In this document: positions 9,290 through 16,300 of the stretch, one piece after another
How the letters are laid out: every line of letters begins with the position of its first letter
Position numbering within the stretch: position 1 is the first letter of the stretch
From: a virus
Taxonomy: Duplodnaviria > Caudoviricetes
IMG/VR virus record: IMGVR_UViG_3300006428_000049
Span: 1-30,997 of that record
Direction: 5' to 3' (one strand)
DNA length: 30,997 nucleotides
Notes under the pieces: generated by a model
What the model saw: only the letters and a program-made list of their open reading frames with translations
Databases searched by the model: none
What the model was told of the DNA's origin: nothing
Made by a program: the position numbers and the translations under genes

Positions 9290-9501
9290 TCCTCCTTGGG
9301 CTTTTGCGGCGCGGCCTCGGGCGCGGGTTTGGGCGCGGCGGCCTTGGCGGTCGCCAGCAGCAAGTCGCCGTCCGCGAGGCGGCGGCGGTAATAGGCGCTG
9401 TCCGGCACGGCCACGGCGGCGTCCCCGGTGATGTGGCGGCGCGGCATGCCCTCCATGGGCACGCGCAGGCCGGGCGCGGCGCGCACGGTGATGGTGGTCA
9501 C
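9286..9501 (-). CDS. Mu gp38-like protein (DUF2635)
   Basis: AAPGLRVPME...DSAYYRRRLADGDL; GTG at 9501 overlaps the upstream TGA; AAGGAG SD. Confidence 0.8.
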   Translation of the reverse strand: MTTITVRAAPGLRVPMEGMPRRHITGDAAVAVPDSAYYRRRLADGDLLLATAKAAAPKPAPEAAPQKPKEE

Positions 9502-10076
9502 GGCTTTTCTCCTTGCAGCTCGACCAGGTCGGCGGCGTCGGGCACGCCGTCGTCCGGCAACAGGTGATAGTTGAGCCCCACGCGCTCCAGCAGGGGCGGC
9601 TCCGGGGCCTCCGGCTCGCGCAGGCGCAGCGGATAGACGGTGTGCCATTCCAGGGCGAAGGCGGACACGGCCTGGCCGCGCAGGCTGGCGCTCACGACGG
9701 TGCGGGCGCGGCCCGGGGTGAACGGGTCGATTTCGAGCCCCAGGTCCTGGCCGGTGAGCAGCCGGCGCACGTCCGCGAGCATGCGGTAGGTGCCGACCTG
9801 CTTGCCGTCGCCCCGGCGGGTGGATGCCTCGCAACGCAGGTTTCGCGCCCCGACCAGCACCACGAAGGTGGCCGGGAAGTGCCAGACGTCGCGGCTGGTG
9901 CCGACCGGCTTGCCCGGGCCGTCGTGGGCGAAGGTGACCCACAGGGCCGGAAAACGGCGCACCACCTGGTCGAGCCCTTCGTCGAACTCGCCGCCATAGG
10001 TGGCGATGGCCGGCTTGTACGGCAGGGCCGCCGCCGCGAGGCGGGTCTTTATGGCCTCCTCGATGACCGCGATCAC
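9498..10076 (-). CDS. Mu gp37-like tail terminator (DUF1834)
   Basis: TYGGEFD...RRFPALWV; synteny. Confidence 0.8.
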   Translation of the reverse strand: MIAVIEEAIKTRLAAAALPYKPAIATYGGEFDEGLDQVVRRFPALWVTFAHDGPGKPVGTSRDVWHFPATFVVLVGARNLRCEASTRRGDGKQVGTYRMLADVRRLLTGQDLGLEIDPFTPGRARTVVSASLRGQAVSAFALEWHTVYPLRLREPEAPEPPLLERVGLNYHLLPDDGVPDAADLVELQGEKP

Positions 10077-10501
10077 GACGCGTCCCCTTGCCTCGGCCGC
10101 CGGTCGAAGACGCGGCGGCCGGTGGAAAAGGCCACCCCGGCCGCGCTGCCCTCGCCGGGCTGGGACTGGCCGGGCAGGTCGGCCGTGCCTTCGGCCACGC
10201 GCTCAAGCCATTTGACGGCCTGGCGGTAGCGCTCCAGGATCGGGTCGGTCTCGCTGGCCGGGCCGCCGGTCAGGCGATAGCGGGCGATGTCGCACACGGC
10301 GGCGACCAGCACCGGCGGCGCGGGAGCGGCCACGGGCACGGCGTAGCGCCGGGCCAGGTAGCTGTCCGCCTCGGACGCGGCGCGGGCCAGGGCTTCCTCG
10401 GCCAGTCCCGCGTCCACCGCGCCGGTGTTGTCCCGGTCGGTGATGGCCAGCAGCTCGTCCTCGCCAAAGGCGGCGCGCAAGTCGTCCAGTGTGGCGTACA
10501 T
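10073..10501 (-). CDS. Head-tail connector Mu gp36/gpJ (DUF1320)
   Basis: MYATLDDL..FG, DSYLARRY, CDIARYRL, RYRQAVKWL. Confidence 0.9.
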   Translation of the reverse strand: MYATLDDLRAAFGEDELLAITDRDNTGAVDAGLAEEALARAASEADSYLARRYAVPVAAPAPPVLVAAVCDIARYRLTGGPASETDPILERYRQAVKWLERVAEGTADLPGQSQPGEGSAAGVAFSTGRRVFDRRPRQGDAS

Positions 10502-10813
10502 TTACTTGGCCTTGGCCTGGGGGGCTTCGGTCGCTTGGGCCGCCTCGTCGAAGGCAAAATCCTCGTCCGCCGTGTCCGCCGTGTCCGGGGCTTCCGAGGG
10601 CTTTTCCTCGCTCTCGGCCGGCTGCTTTTTCCTGCGCGGCGCTTCGAGGACTTCCACCTTCAGGTCGGGATCGGCCTGGAGCTGGGCCAACTGCTCCTCG
10701 GTGAAGGTGCCGGGCGGGAAGTCGCCCACGGTCTCGGCATGCTTGCGCCCGGCCCGGTAATGGCCGCCGCGCAGGCTTCGCGTGCGCACGGTGGCGTCAA
10801 TTATCTTGCTCAT
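10502..10813 (-). CDS. Mu gp35-like (HI1506-like) protein
   Basis: YRAGRKH...FTEEQLAQLQADPDLKV with an acidic tail; follows the capsid gene. Confidence 0.7.
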   Translation of the reverse strand: MSKIIDATVRTRSLRGGHYRAGRKHAETVGDFPPGTFTEEQLAQLQADPDLKVEVLEAPRRKKQPAESEEKPSEAPDTADTADEDFAFDEAAQATEAPQAKAK

Positions 10814-10825
10814 GGCGGCCTCCTG

Positions 10826-11731
10826 CTAGTTCAGCCAGGGCGTGACCAGCACGTCCACGATGCCCGCGTTGGGGTTGTCCGAGCCGTCGGCGCGGCGCGC
10901 CACCTGCACCACCTCGGCGGCGGCGGTGCGCAGGTTGGTGGGGACCACCAGCTGCGTGGCCTTGATGCCGAGGGGACGGCCGCCGTCGGCCTTGAAAGCG
11001 GCCATGGCGTCGTAGGCGGCGTTGAAGTTGGCGTCGGTCAGCGGCAGCCGCGAGCAGTAGGCGGTCTGCCAGAAGCCGAAGCCCACGTTGCAGCGGTAGC
11101 GGATGCCGAAGCGGTAGGTGTCGGTCATGAAGACCGCTTCGTCCTTGCCGTCGGTCATGCTGGCAAGCTCGGGCTTGGTGCGCTCCTGAAAGAGCACGGG
11201 CTTGAGCACGCGCGAGGTGTCGAGCAGATACCAGGGAATGTCCGTGCCGGCGGCGTAGTTGGAAATGGTGGCCGCCTCGCCGGTGCCGTCCACATTGGGA
11301 AAGACCGGGTGGTCGGTGTCGAAGAAGTTCTGGCCGTCGAAGCACAGGGTGGAGAGGCCCAGGGCCAGCAGGCCGTAGACCAGCTCGTCCGGGAAGCTCT
11401 TGGCCGCCCGGCCCATCTCGCCAAAAAGCGGCTTGTAAACGCCCACCTCGTCGTCCTCGATGTCCGTGCGTTTGACGCCCACCGTGGACTCGAAGAGCTT
11501 GTTGACGATGCTGTAGCCGTGGGCCGCCATGTCCTTCAGCACGCGCTCGCCCACCCACTCGACCAGCTTGGGGAACTGCCCCAGCCAGCCGTAGGTGTTG
11601 GACTTGGACGTGGACGGCATGCGGGTGGCCACCGTGTCCCAGCTCGACGGCGTTTCGCCGTACACGCGCTGAAACTCGTTCCTGAATCCGGTAAACAGGG
11701 CGCTGACCAGCGCCGGGGTGACGATCGCCAT
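10826..11731 (-). CDS. Major capsid protein (Mu gpT)
   Basis: NTYGWLGQFP..EWVGER, CFDGQNFFDTDHPV, GFGFWQ. Confidence 0.95.
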   Translation of the reverse strand: MAIVTPALVSALFTGFRNEFQRVYGETPSSWDTVATRMPSTSKSNTYGWLGQFPKLVEWVGERVLKDMAAHGYSIVNKLFESTVGVKRTDIEDDEVGVYKPLFGEMGRAAKSFPDELVYGLLALGLSTLCFDGQNFFDTDHPVFPNVDGTGEAATISNYAAGTDIPWYLLDTSRVLKPVLFQERTKPELASMTDGKDEAVFMTDTYRFGIRYRCNVGFGFWQTAYCSRLPLTDANFNAAYDAMAAFKADGGRPLGIKATQLVVPTNLRTAAAEVVQVARRADGSDNPNAGIVDVLVTPWLN

Positions 11732-12319
11732 CTATTTGGCCTCCTTGGTGCCGGCAAAGACGTCTTCGGGGATGTCCAGCAGCTTGGCCGCTTCCTTTTC
11801 CTCGGCCGACAGCGCGGCCGTGCCGCCCCCGGCCGGCGGCGGCGTCACGGTGGTGGTCTGCATGGTGGTGAGCGCGGCCACGGGCGTGGCCTTGGCCAGG
11901 TAGTCCCGGGCGGCGTCCGGGTCCTTGGCCGCCAGGTCGGTGAGCCAGGCTTCGAGGGTCTTGTGCACGCGACCGTCGGCCACGGCGGCCTTGATCTCCG
12001 CCGACAAGGCGGCAGCGCCGTTTTGTGTCTCGGCTTCAGCCAGGCGCTTTTTGAGGTCGGCGTTTTCGGCCGTCAGCGCGGCCACGGCTTCCACGGGCGC
12101 GAACCTGGCCGGGTCCGGCGCGGCCGCCTTGGCACGCAAGTCGGCGATGGCCGCGTCCTTGCCGGCCAGGATGCCGAGCAGGTCCACGCTGGCGGCGGCG
12201 GTTTCGCCTTCGGGCGCGACCTGGCCCTTGAGCTTGTCCAGCTGGGCCGTCACCTCCTCGGCGGTGGCGGCCACCGGCAGGTTGAGCAGAAAGCGCAGGC
12301 GCTTGAGCAGTTCGTCCAT
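11732..12319 (-). CDS. Scaffold protein from an internal in-frame start (Mu gpZ equivalent)
   Basis: GGAGG SD followed by ATG 12319 (MDELLKRL) in frame within gpI, as for Mu I/Z. Confidence 0.65.
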   Translation of the reverse strand: MDELLKRLRFLLNLPVAATAEEVTAQLDKLKGQVAPEGETAAASVDLLGILAGKDAAIADLRAKAAAPDPARFAPVEAVAALTAENADLKKRLAEAETQNGAAALSAEIKAAVADGRVHKTLEAWLTDLAAKDPDAARDYLAKATPVAALTTMQTTTVTPPPAGGGTAALSAEEKEAAKLLDIPEDVFAGTKEAK

Positions 12320-12892
12320 GCGATCCTCCGGTTGGGGTTTCTGTGTTTGGGACGCCGCGACCTGCCGGGCGGCGGCCACGGCGGCCATGCCGTCCAGGGC
12401 CGGGTTGTTGGTGAGCGCGGCGTTGACGAGCGACAGCACGGCCCCGGTGGCGGGGTCGAAGGTGAAAAGCGGCGAGATGTAGCGGTATTCGTCGGCCCGG
12501 ATGTGGGCGCGGGCGGCCTCGGTCCAGGCCACGCGGGCAAAGAGCCCTCGGCCGGGAACGTAGGCAAGCGCCTCGATCCAACCGGCGGCCACGGCCTTAT
12601 GGCCGGCGTCCTTGGCGGTCAGGGTGTGGTGCTCGTAGTCGATGCAAAGCGGCGTCTCGCGCTGGTTGGCGCGAGCGATCAGCGCGGCGGCAATGGCGGC
12701 GTCGAGGAGCCAGGTCTTGGTGGTGCAGCCGTCGATGCTGCCCGGCCGGCCGTCCCGGGCGTCGAAACTGCCGTCCGGGAACAGCTGGACATTGCAGCCA
12801 TCGGGAAGGGATGCGGCGTCGGCCGCCGGAGCCAGCGCCACGGCCAGGGCGGCCGTGGCATGTGTTATCGGGGAGTGGGTCGCGTTGCGCAT
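11732..12892 (-). CDS. Prohead protease/scaffold (Mu gpI)
   Basis: IDYEHHT, AAGWI, EYRYISPLF, ALTNNPALDG; ATG 12892 chosen from the promoter geometry. Confidence 0.92.
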   Translation of the reverse strand: MRNATHSPITHATAALAVALAPAADAASLPDGCNVQLFPDGSFDARDGRPGSIDGCTTKTWLLDAAIAAALIARANQRETPLCIDYEHHTLTAKDAGHKAVAAGWIEALAYVPGRGLFARVAWTEAARAHIRADEYRYISPLFTFDPATGAVLSLVNAALTNNPALDGMAAVAAARQVAASQTQKPQPEDRMDELLKRLRFLLNLPVAATAEEVTAQLDKLKGQVAPEGETAAASVDLLGILAGKDAAIADLRAKAAAPDPARFAPVEAVAALTAENADLKKRLAEAETQNGAAALSAEIKAAVADGRVHKTLEAWLTDLAAKDPDAARDYLAKATPVAALTTMQTTTVTPPPAGGGTAALSAEEKEAAKLLDIPEDVFAGTKEAK

Positions 12893-12893
12893 G

Positions 12894-12944
12894 TCCGCCA
12901 CGCTAGTGGCGGAAGGGGGATGCGCGATAGGTGAAGGGGTTCAG
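12894..12944 (-). promoter_or_regulatory. Late promoter 2 (equivalent of Mu PI)
   Basis: Box at 12926-12944, 20-bp spacer, TAGCGT (12905-12900) inside the TCCGCCAC/GTGGCGGA inverted repeat. Confidence 0.75.
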
Positions 12945-13129
12945 GAGGAAACAACTGTTAGAATATTTTTCTAACTCCCCAAGATATATATTAACTTTTT
13001 CTATTTTTCTACTTGACAAGACTCAATGGTCATAAATTTCTTGTTTAAAATCCTGGCAGAATATATTTTAGGGGCCGCCCAAGTTTTTTTGCTTTCATCT
13101 TTGTCTACTTCATTTGGGGTGCCAATGGT

Positions 13130-13768
13130 ATGAACAAAGAAAGTGATCTTCCGCTTCCTAGAACAGAAAAGAAACAGGACGAGCACAATGCAATAGAGGG
13201 GAAAGTTCAGCCTGTATTGCCTCAATTAAAACTTGAAAGTTTAGCAGACAGACTCATCATCCCTCCTGGTGAGCATCCATATTTAATGCATAGGGCTATG
13301 ATTTGTCTTGATAGCCAAGGACACAAGAGAGGTGTTTGTCTTACTGTTGTCTTTGATGGTCAAACTACTGCCTACGATGTAACCTGGGAAGAAGATATAT
13401 CTGAAAGAATTAAGAATTCTATTACAGATCTCGTTGATGCTGTTGAAAAAAGCGCTTTAGCTTTTACATTTCTTATAATGAAAGATTGCACCGGGATGGA
13501 AATTGTTAAGCAAGCAAAACGTAAATCAGGATTTGATTATTTTTTATTAGATAACAATGCGGATGATAGGTTGATATTTCAAGGGGGGAAGACAGCAAGA
13601 CTAGAAGTGACAGGGATATTATGTGGTGATAATTCTGATGTTGAATCTAGATTTCAAGAGAAGTTTAAGCGTGCTTTGAAGTATCAACAATTCAAGACAA
13701 TGCCAATATATGTTTGCGTGGTTGAACACAGTGAGCCAAAAGCGGAAGTGAGAGTTCGCCATGCGTAG
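13130..13768 (+). CDS. Hypothetical protein with PD-(D/E)xK-like nuclease motif; accessory gene
   Basis: E-bearing helix, SGFDYF, ARLEVTG; AT-rich and antisense; exact start uncertain. Confidence 0.55.
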   Translation: MNKESDLPLPRTEKKQDEHNAIEGKVQPVLPQLKLESLADRLIIPPGEHPYLMHRAMICLDSQGHKRGVCLTVVFDGQTTAYDVTWEEDISERIKNSITDLVDAVEKSALAFTFLIMKDCTGMEIVKQAKRKSGFDYFLLDNNADDRLIFQGGKTARLEVTGILCGDNSDVESRFQEKFKRALKYQQFKTMPIYVCVVEHSEPKAEVRVRHA

Positions 13769-14879
13769 CGTTCGTGACCTACATGATGCGGCAATGTTGT
13801 TTGCTGTTAAAGCACAACAAGCGCACAATTCTAACAATATAGAATTAGAGCGCCAGCTAGCTAGGCAGGCGTGCGAGCTTGAAGAGCAAGCGGCAGTTCA
13901 GCTATTGCCCGACCCTTCCGATGAACCCACGCGAGCAATCCTTTTTTGCAGTGCAGCTTCTTTAGCTTGGCAAGCAGGAGATGTCGCATGGTGTAAGAGA
14001 CTGTGTCACGATGGACTGCGCGGGTTTCCTCCTCCTGAATATGAAGCAGATTTCAATGAGCTTCTAGAGAAAGCTATGCTCTCTGATCACCTTGACGTTC
14101 GAGGTATTGAATTACATCAAGGTGAATTTCAAATGAGCTTAGTGGGCAATGTTGCCGCAGCTGGGATAGTCCCTATAACAGAGCTGACAAATAGAATTAT
14201 TCACATTACATCCTTATTAATGCAAAGAATTAGGTTTAGCCTAGGAAAGCCTTTTACCGATTTACGAAAAAGGGTGTCGCTTGCAGATGATTTTGTTACA
14301 TATGCCAATGCGTGGCGTCCAGGATCATTCGCATTAACAATTGGATTAACACGCCCATCGAATAAAAAGCAGCTATTACCCATGCAAGGTGTTGACGTTG
14401 ATCCGTCATCTATAGTTGAAGATGTAATTTCCGACCTTGGATTGATTTCAAATGGGCTATTTGATACGCTTGAACAGCGGATAGGTGATAACCCCTATCT
14501 TGTACATTTTATGGCTCATGCAAAAGAAATAGCACCAGATGGGAAAAGAATTAAAATGGTCGGATTAACGAGAAATGAGAACAGAATATCGTTCCAGTTG
14601 CCGCGTTCAAAAGTAAAGAAACTTACATCTCACTCTGCTCATGATAGTGAAGATGGTATACAAACTATTAGTGGTTTATTAACCCAGGCCAATATAGACA
14701 AAGTTTCTCTTGGATTGAGGCTTGAGGGGAACAAGCTGATTACGCTTAAAGTTAAAGAGGGGCTAGAAGATATTGTGCGTAATTATTTTGGGAAAAAAGT
14801 TGAAGCAACCGGGGTGTTCTCAGGCAAAGTATTTATTATGAGCTCTGTAGATCCTATTGAGAATGATGAAGAGTCTTAG
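13761..14879 (+). CDS. Hypothetical protein: N-terminal TPR-like helices, central domain and possible C-terminal OB-fold; accessory gene
   Basis: LHDAAM...ELEEQAA...EPTRAILFCSAASLA helical repeats; beta-rich C-terminus (ISGLL...FGKKVEATG); overlaps the upstream gene by 8 bp. Confidence 0.55.
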   Translation: MRSVRDLHDAAMLFAVKAQQAHNSNNIELERQLARQACELEEQAAVQLLPDPSDEPTRAILFCSAASLAWQAGDVAWCKRLCHDGLRGFPPPEYEADFNELLEKAMLSDHLDVRGIELHQGEFQMSLVGNVAAAGIVPITELTNRIIHITSLLMQRIRFSLGKPFTDLRKRVSLADDFVTYANAWRPGSFALTIGLTRPSNKKQLLPMQGVDVDPSSIVEDVISDLGLISNGLFDTLEQRIGDNPYLVHFMAHAKEIAPDGKRIKMVGLTRNENRISFQLPRSKVKKLTSHSAHDSEDGIQTISGLLTQANIDKVSLGLRLEGNKLITLKVKEGLEDIVRNYFGKKVEATGVFSGKVFIMSSVDPIENDEES

Positions 14880-14945
14880 TCCCCTTCTTTAATAGCTCTA
14901 TTACACCGTTACTCCCCCGTTAGAACCTATCCTACTCCCTTCCCC

Positions 14946-15068
14946 CTAGCCTCGTCCCGCCAGCACCCTTTGCAGCGCTTCTAACGCCGTTCCCTCGATT
15001 TCCGCCTCATCCTCCAGTCCCACCCCGAAAAACCGCCTTGCCGGGATGTCGTCCAGCACGCCGGCCAA
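14946..15068 (-). pseudogene. Diverged, internally deleted remnant of gpG
   Basis: Translates LAGVLDDIPARRFFGVGLEDEAEIEGTALEALQRVLAGRG*, which joins gpG LAGVLADIP to DIPARRFFGIGPEDEAEIEGTASEALMRVLEGR*. Confidence 0.88.
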
Positions 15069-15130
15069 GATTCGTCCTCTCCTAGACAGTTACCTCAATT
15101 TTGAAAACACATAGTAAATGGCAAAGTTAC

Positions 15131-15156
15131 AAAATGAAGGCGACCTGATGGTCGCC
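15131..15156 (-). terminator. Rho-independent terminator after the orphan gene
   Basis: GGCGACC-ATCA-GGTCGCC followed by TTCATTTT on the minus strand. Confidence 0.65.
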
Positions 15157-15184
15157 CTATATTCACTACAGGGAGAATATTATA

Positions 15185-15535
15185 TTAAATTTCTATTTCT
15201 TCACCTTTTTTAGCAACAACAATATGAAAATACATAACTACTTCGTCTGGTTTTTCTTCTTGAAGCGCGTTACGTATTGACTTCAGTTCGGTATCTTCAA
15301 CTCCGCAATATATTTTATAATAAGTTGATTCGTCATGAACATGTTTCAGCTCAGTTTTCTTCTTTCCAAGAATGATATGTATTTTTTTTCGCCATTCATC
15401 TGCCATGGCAACATGCTTTTTATTTTCTTTGTCTTTAGGATGGACGGTAAAATAAATATGACCACGGAACTTTTCCAACACATCACCGCGAAGTGTTACA
15501 TATACCATCTTGTTGATATCGTTTGCCTTGCTCAT
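15185..15535 (-). CDS. Small orphan hypothetical protein; accessory gene
   Basis: 116-aa Lys/Glu-rich ORF, AT-rich, GAAGGA SD before ATG 15535, own terminator; TTGACT-N17-CATATA upstream. Confidence 0.7.
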   Translation of the reverse strand: MSKANDINKMVYVTLRGDVLEKFRGHIYFTVHPKDKENKKHVAMADEWRKKIHIILGKKKTELKHVHDESTYYKIYCGVEDTELKSIRNALQEEKPDEVVMYFHIVVAKKGEEIEI

Positions 15536-15669
15536 GATTCTATCCTTCAATTTTCTATTTTAAACCATAGGAAAACATGAGAAATATATGAACCATTGTA
15601 TGGCCCCAGTCAAGGCCGAAAGTACAGAATGAGACTATTAATCGTAACTTCCCCCCAGAATGCTTCCTG

Positions 15670-16149
15670 TCACCGTCCCTCCAATACCCTCATGAGCGCT
15701 TCTGACGCCGTTCCTTCGATTTCCGCCTCGTCCTCGGGACCGATGCCGAAAAAGCGCCTCGCCGGGATGTCGCCCCAGGGAATGGGGGTGCCGCGCCGGG
15801 TGCTGCCGTACTGGCCTTTCCTGGCTCCGAACTGGTGCGTGGGGGCCTTCACGTCGGCCGTGCCCACCCGGGCGAAGTCCGGGCCATAATCACTATGAAT
15901 GGAGCCGGCCAGGATGCCGCTGACCTGCAAGATGGGCTGGGCGCTGCCGCGCTTGGCAACCGTCGCCGGCGACAGAGCCGCCCAGGGCTCCCCGGTGACC
16001 GGGTCGGACTGGCTGGCGAAGGCCCGCTCCGGGATGTCGGCCAGCACCCCGGCCAGGGCACGGGTCACGGGCGTCATGTCCCGGCCGGTGGCGATGATGT
16101 TGGCCAGCAGGTTTTGCGCCTGGTCGATATGGACTTCGATCTCGATCAT
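15670..16149 (-). CDS. Virion morphogenesis protein (Mu gpG)
   Basis: DPVTGEPWAALSPAT, ILQVSG.L..SI, HQFG, IPARRFFG; ATG 16149. Confidence 0.9.
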   Translation of the reverse strand: MIEIEVHIDQAQNLLANIIATGRDMTPVTRALAGVLADIPERAFASQSDPVTGEPWAALSPATVAKRGSAQPILQVSGILAGSIHSDYGPDFARVGTADVKAPTHQFGARKGQYGSTRRGTPIPWGDIPARRFFGIGPEDEAEIEGTASEALMRVLEGR

Positions 16150-16164
16150 GCTTATTTCATCCTT

Positions 16165-16267
16165 GTGGATGCGACACGGTGACACTCTCCCTGCCGTAGC
16201 ACGGGCAGCCGCCCGGAGCGCCATGCGAGGTTTCCGCGAAAAGCGGGTGGGAGGCCTCGCCATCCAC
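16165..16267 (-). ncRNA. Candidate structured RNA (four-way junction with loop-loop pseudoknot) between MuF and gpG
   Basis: Closing stem GUGGAUG/CAUCCAC; GCGAGG/CCUCGC enclosing CCGC/GCGG; CGGGC/GCCCG; ACGG/CCGU; complementary loops CUCCC and GGGAG. Confidence 0.5.
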
Positions 16268-16273
16268 GGTTCA

Positions 16274-16300
16274 AAGCGCCCCGCCTAGTGCGGGGCGCTT
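16274..16300. repeat. 11-bp perfect inverted repeat with the MuF stop codon in its loop
   Basis: AAGCGCCCCGC-ctagt-GCGGGGCGCTT. Confidence 0.8.

Noticed and set aside
10565-10587. 9-bp tandem repeat (GTCCGCCGT)
   Set aside because: In-frame DTADTAD in a low-complexity tail; not frame-shifting, so unlikely to be phase-variable
10088-12934. 948-aa plus-strand ORF and similar long ORFs (3493-4908, 5218-7362, 7898-9391, 16366-17898, 28238-30571)
   Set aside because: Shadow or alternative frames of well-supported GC-rich phage genes, with no recognisable motifs
13013-13040. TTGACA as the -35 for the two-gene module
   Set aside because: No good -10 at 16-18 bp spacing
15185-15669. Canonical acr-aca operon
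   Set aside because: No HTH Aca gene is present, so only the positional argument remains
16165-16267. SAM-I riboswitch, tRNA or HDV-like ribozyme assignment
   Set aside because: I could not find the SAM-binding core and kink-turn, a T-loop/anticodon arm, or the nested HDV P1/P3/P1.1 pairing
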